64,000 bases of DNA from Meyerozyma guilliermondii (Eukaryota), in assembly GCA_051546255.1 (NCBI GenBank), contig CP128815.1:1054001-1118000 (forward strand), written 5' to 3'. Shown one piece after another: positions 62,277 to 64,000 of the stretch. Within the stretch, counting starts at the first letter, position 1, and every line of letters begins with the position of its first letter. A program made the position numbers and the translations under genes. The notes beneath the pieces were generated by a model. The model was not told the DNA's origin. It saw only the letters and a program-made list of their open reading frames with translations, and did no database searches.

Positions 62277-64000
62277 ATGCCTCCTCGCAAGAGGTCTTCT
62301 GACGGCGATTCAGGAAAGGTGTTATCGTGCCAAAGATGTCGCATACGAAAAGTGAAGTGTGACTTGAAGATACCTTGTACTAATTGCAAAAGATTGGGTG
62401 TAGAATGTGAACGGACTTCCTCCGACATGAGAAAGAAACGTCCTCCAGCATCTTATGTGGTTTCTTTGGAAAGACAGGTGCGACTTTTCACCGGCTTCTT
62501 TGAGAAATTCAAGTCTATGGACCCAGAAAGCAGAAAAGCTTTTCTTGAGTCCAATTCGTTAGAAGAGTTCTTGAACGAAACAACAGAGCAAGCAGGAATG
62601 ACACCTTCTCCAACACAAAATGGTGCTGAAGCAGCAGATAACATCGACGATCCAGTACCCACGCGATCTGTTTATGGTCCTATGTCGGTTTACGATAGCG
62701 ATATTGCTTCGAGACATCAAAGACTGGTGAAAAAACGAGAAACGGCGATGATCAATGCACTTAATAAAGATCCCGATATCATTCATTGCTTGAAATTGTT
62801 CTTCACGTGGCAGTATCCCGACCATAATATGTTCGTTTTTCGAGAAGCGTTCTTGATAGATTTCTTTAACCCGAAACCTGCTAGTCTCTACTGTTCTCGA
62901 GTACTTGTGCTCAGTATATGCTCTTTGGGAGCACGAATGTCTGATAACGAGCTGGTATTCAAGAAATCAAGAAAGTACTACCAGGAGGCTCGTGACATAC
63001 TTCTTGCGCAACTCGAACAACCTTCCATAACTTCTTTGCAGAGCTTCTTGCTTCTAGCTTTTTACGATATTTGCAACGGTTCCAACGCTTCAGGGTGGAT
63101 GCTCTCAGGAAATGCTATACGGATGGGGTTTGATTTGGGATTCCAATTGAACCCAGAAGTGTGGTTTGTACGTTCACAGAGCGATTTGAGTCCTCTAGAT
63201 GTGGCTATTCGAAGCAGAATATATTGGGGCTGCTATATGGCTGACCATTTTATTAGCTTGGTACTTGGACGTCCGTCCTTGCTTAAAATATCTGACGCAA
63301 CCATACCGGAAACAGACCACCTTCCAGACTTGGAGTGGATTGATGATTACATGTATAGAGGTCCCAATGACGAGGGAAAGCCTCGCAAGGAAATGTCAAA
63401 GATTTCTGGAACCTTACGAAATATCACCTCGCTCACGACAATCTCAGAGAACATGCTTAATGATATCTTCACGAGAACGGAAAATGATCCAGACCTTAGT
63501 AATAACGAAGATTTGAATCTTGCGTCTAGGTTGGACAAATTGTCAGAATATAACTATCAGATCAAAGACTGGAAAAGGAAGCTACCAAGTGACTTGCAAT
63601 GGGACCGTCGCTCGCTTGAAGCAACGGGAGAAGACCCAACTTTGCTGACAATACGATACTATTACTACATTTTGGTTCTATGCCTCAATCGTCCTTTTGT
63701 GGGTATAGATGTGGCTATGATCGAGGAACATCATTTGGCTCCTGCCGTGGTATGCATGGAGGCTATAGAAGATTTATACGCTGCTATTCGGCGATTTAAA
63801 CAGATCCATGGAACTCGACGTATGTCGATTTTTATCGTTTACTGCTGCATTCTCTCTATTTCAGCACTTTTATTGATCAATAGAGACAAGCACATTGTCC
63901 CAAAGAAGAGAGAATTATTGCACTTTTTCATGGATATTCTTCAAGATTGTTCAAAAACATGGAAATTGGCAGAAAAATCTTACAAGTTGATCAGGTTAAA
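62277..64000 (+). CDS. Zn(II)2Cys6 transcription factor, Tea1/Cha4-like; runs off the window end
   Basis: Not in the ORF track. MPPRKR..SCQRCRIRKVKCDLKIPCTNCKRLGVEC..DMRKKR, LFFTWQYPDHNMFVFREAFL, and in-frame middle homology region RSRIYWGCYMADHFISLVLGRP near 63200. Confidence 0.9.
   Translation, partial: MPPRKRSSDGDSGKVLSCQRCRIRKVKCDLKIPCTNCKRLGVECERTSSDMRKKRPPASYVVSLERQVRLFTGFFEKFKSMDPESRKAFLESNSLEEFLNETTEQAGMTPSPTQNGAEAADNIDDPVPTRSVYGPMSVYDSDIASRHQRLVKKRETAMINALNKDPDIIHCLKLFFTWQYPDHNMFVFREAFLIDFFNPKPASLYCSRVLVLSICSLGARMSDNELVFKKSRKYYQEARDILLAQLEQPSITSLQSFLLLAFYDICNGSNASGWMLSGNAIRMGFDLGFQLNPEVWFVRSQSDLSPLDVAIRSRIYWGCYMADHFISLVLGRPSLLKISDATIPETDHLPDLEWIDDYMYRGPNDEGKPRKEMSKISGTLRNITSLTTISENMLNDIFTRTENDPDLSNNEDLNLASRLDKLSEYNYQIKDWKRKLPSDLQWDRRSLEATGEDPTLLTIRYYYYILVLCLNRPFVGIDVAMIEEHHLAPAVVCMEAIEDLYAAIRRFKQIHGTRRMSIFIVYCCILSISALLLINRDKHIVPKKRELLHFFMDILQDCSKTWKLAEKSYKLIRL

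Noticed and set aside
1..64000. Transposons/LTRs, tRNA genes, telomerase RNA, CRISPR arrays
   Set aside because: No transposase or reverse transcriptase ORF, terminal repeats, cloverleaf with A/B boxes, telomere template or repeat-spacer array was seen by eye; a tRNAscan/Rfam run would be needed to exclude them fully.

Overview
Gene-dense nuclear DNA from a budding yeast of the CUG-Ser clade. CTG occupies conserved Ser positions in Mad2, Erb1 and the Ktr mannosyltransferase, so the supplied ORF track mistranslates CTG as Leu. Compact spacers and very short introns suggest a Candida auris/Clavispora-like (Metschnikowiaceae) species, but that is inference. About 39 protein-coding genes are present, mostly housekeeping: ASE1 (partial), an ATP22-like PPR gene, a PQ-loop transporter, DPL1, HDA2, IRS4, NOB1, three tandem intron-containing GTT1-type GSTs, a KTR mannosyltransferase, MSD1, NOP9, BET4, MAD2, CTK2, POR1, a macrodomain gene, a Nudix gene, ERB1, IST3, LOA1, an H2A/H2B pair, BST1, MRP8, SEC66, SEC3, a PalC/RIM23-like gene, YND1, NUG1, PAC2, TMA20, MPH1, a DHA1 MFS transporter, a mini Reg1-like gene, AVT3/4 and a Tea1/Cha4-like Zn2Cys6 factor (partial). 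Not in the ORF track: the U4 snRNA gene, followed about 40 nt downstream on the same strand by a candidate snR42-like H/ACA snoRNA (possible dicistronic precursor), and four 41-65 nt introns. Other highlights: a peroxisomal SKL signal that only appears under CUG=Ser, an H2B with unusual substitutions next to the ubiquitinated lysine, and a Nudix enzyme that resembles bacterial MutT proteins. No transposon, tRNA, rRNA or CRISPR array was recognised. All family assignments rest on recalled motifs; no searches were run.
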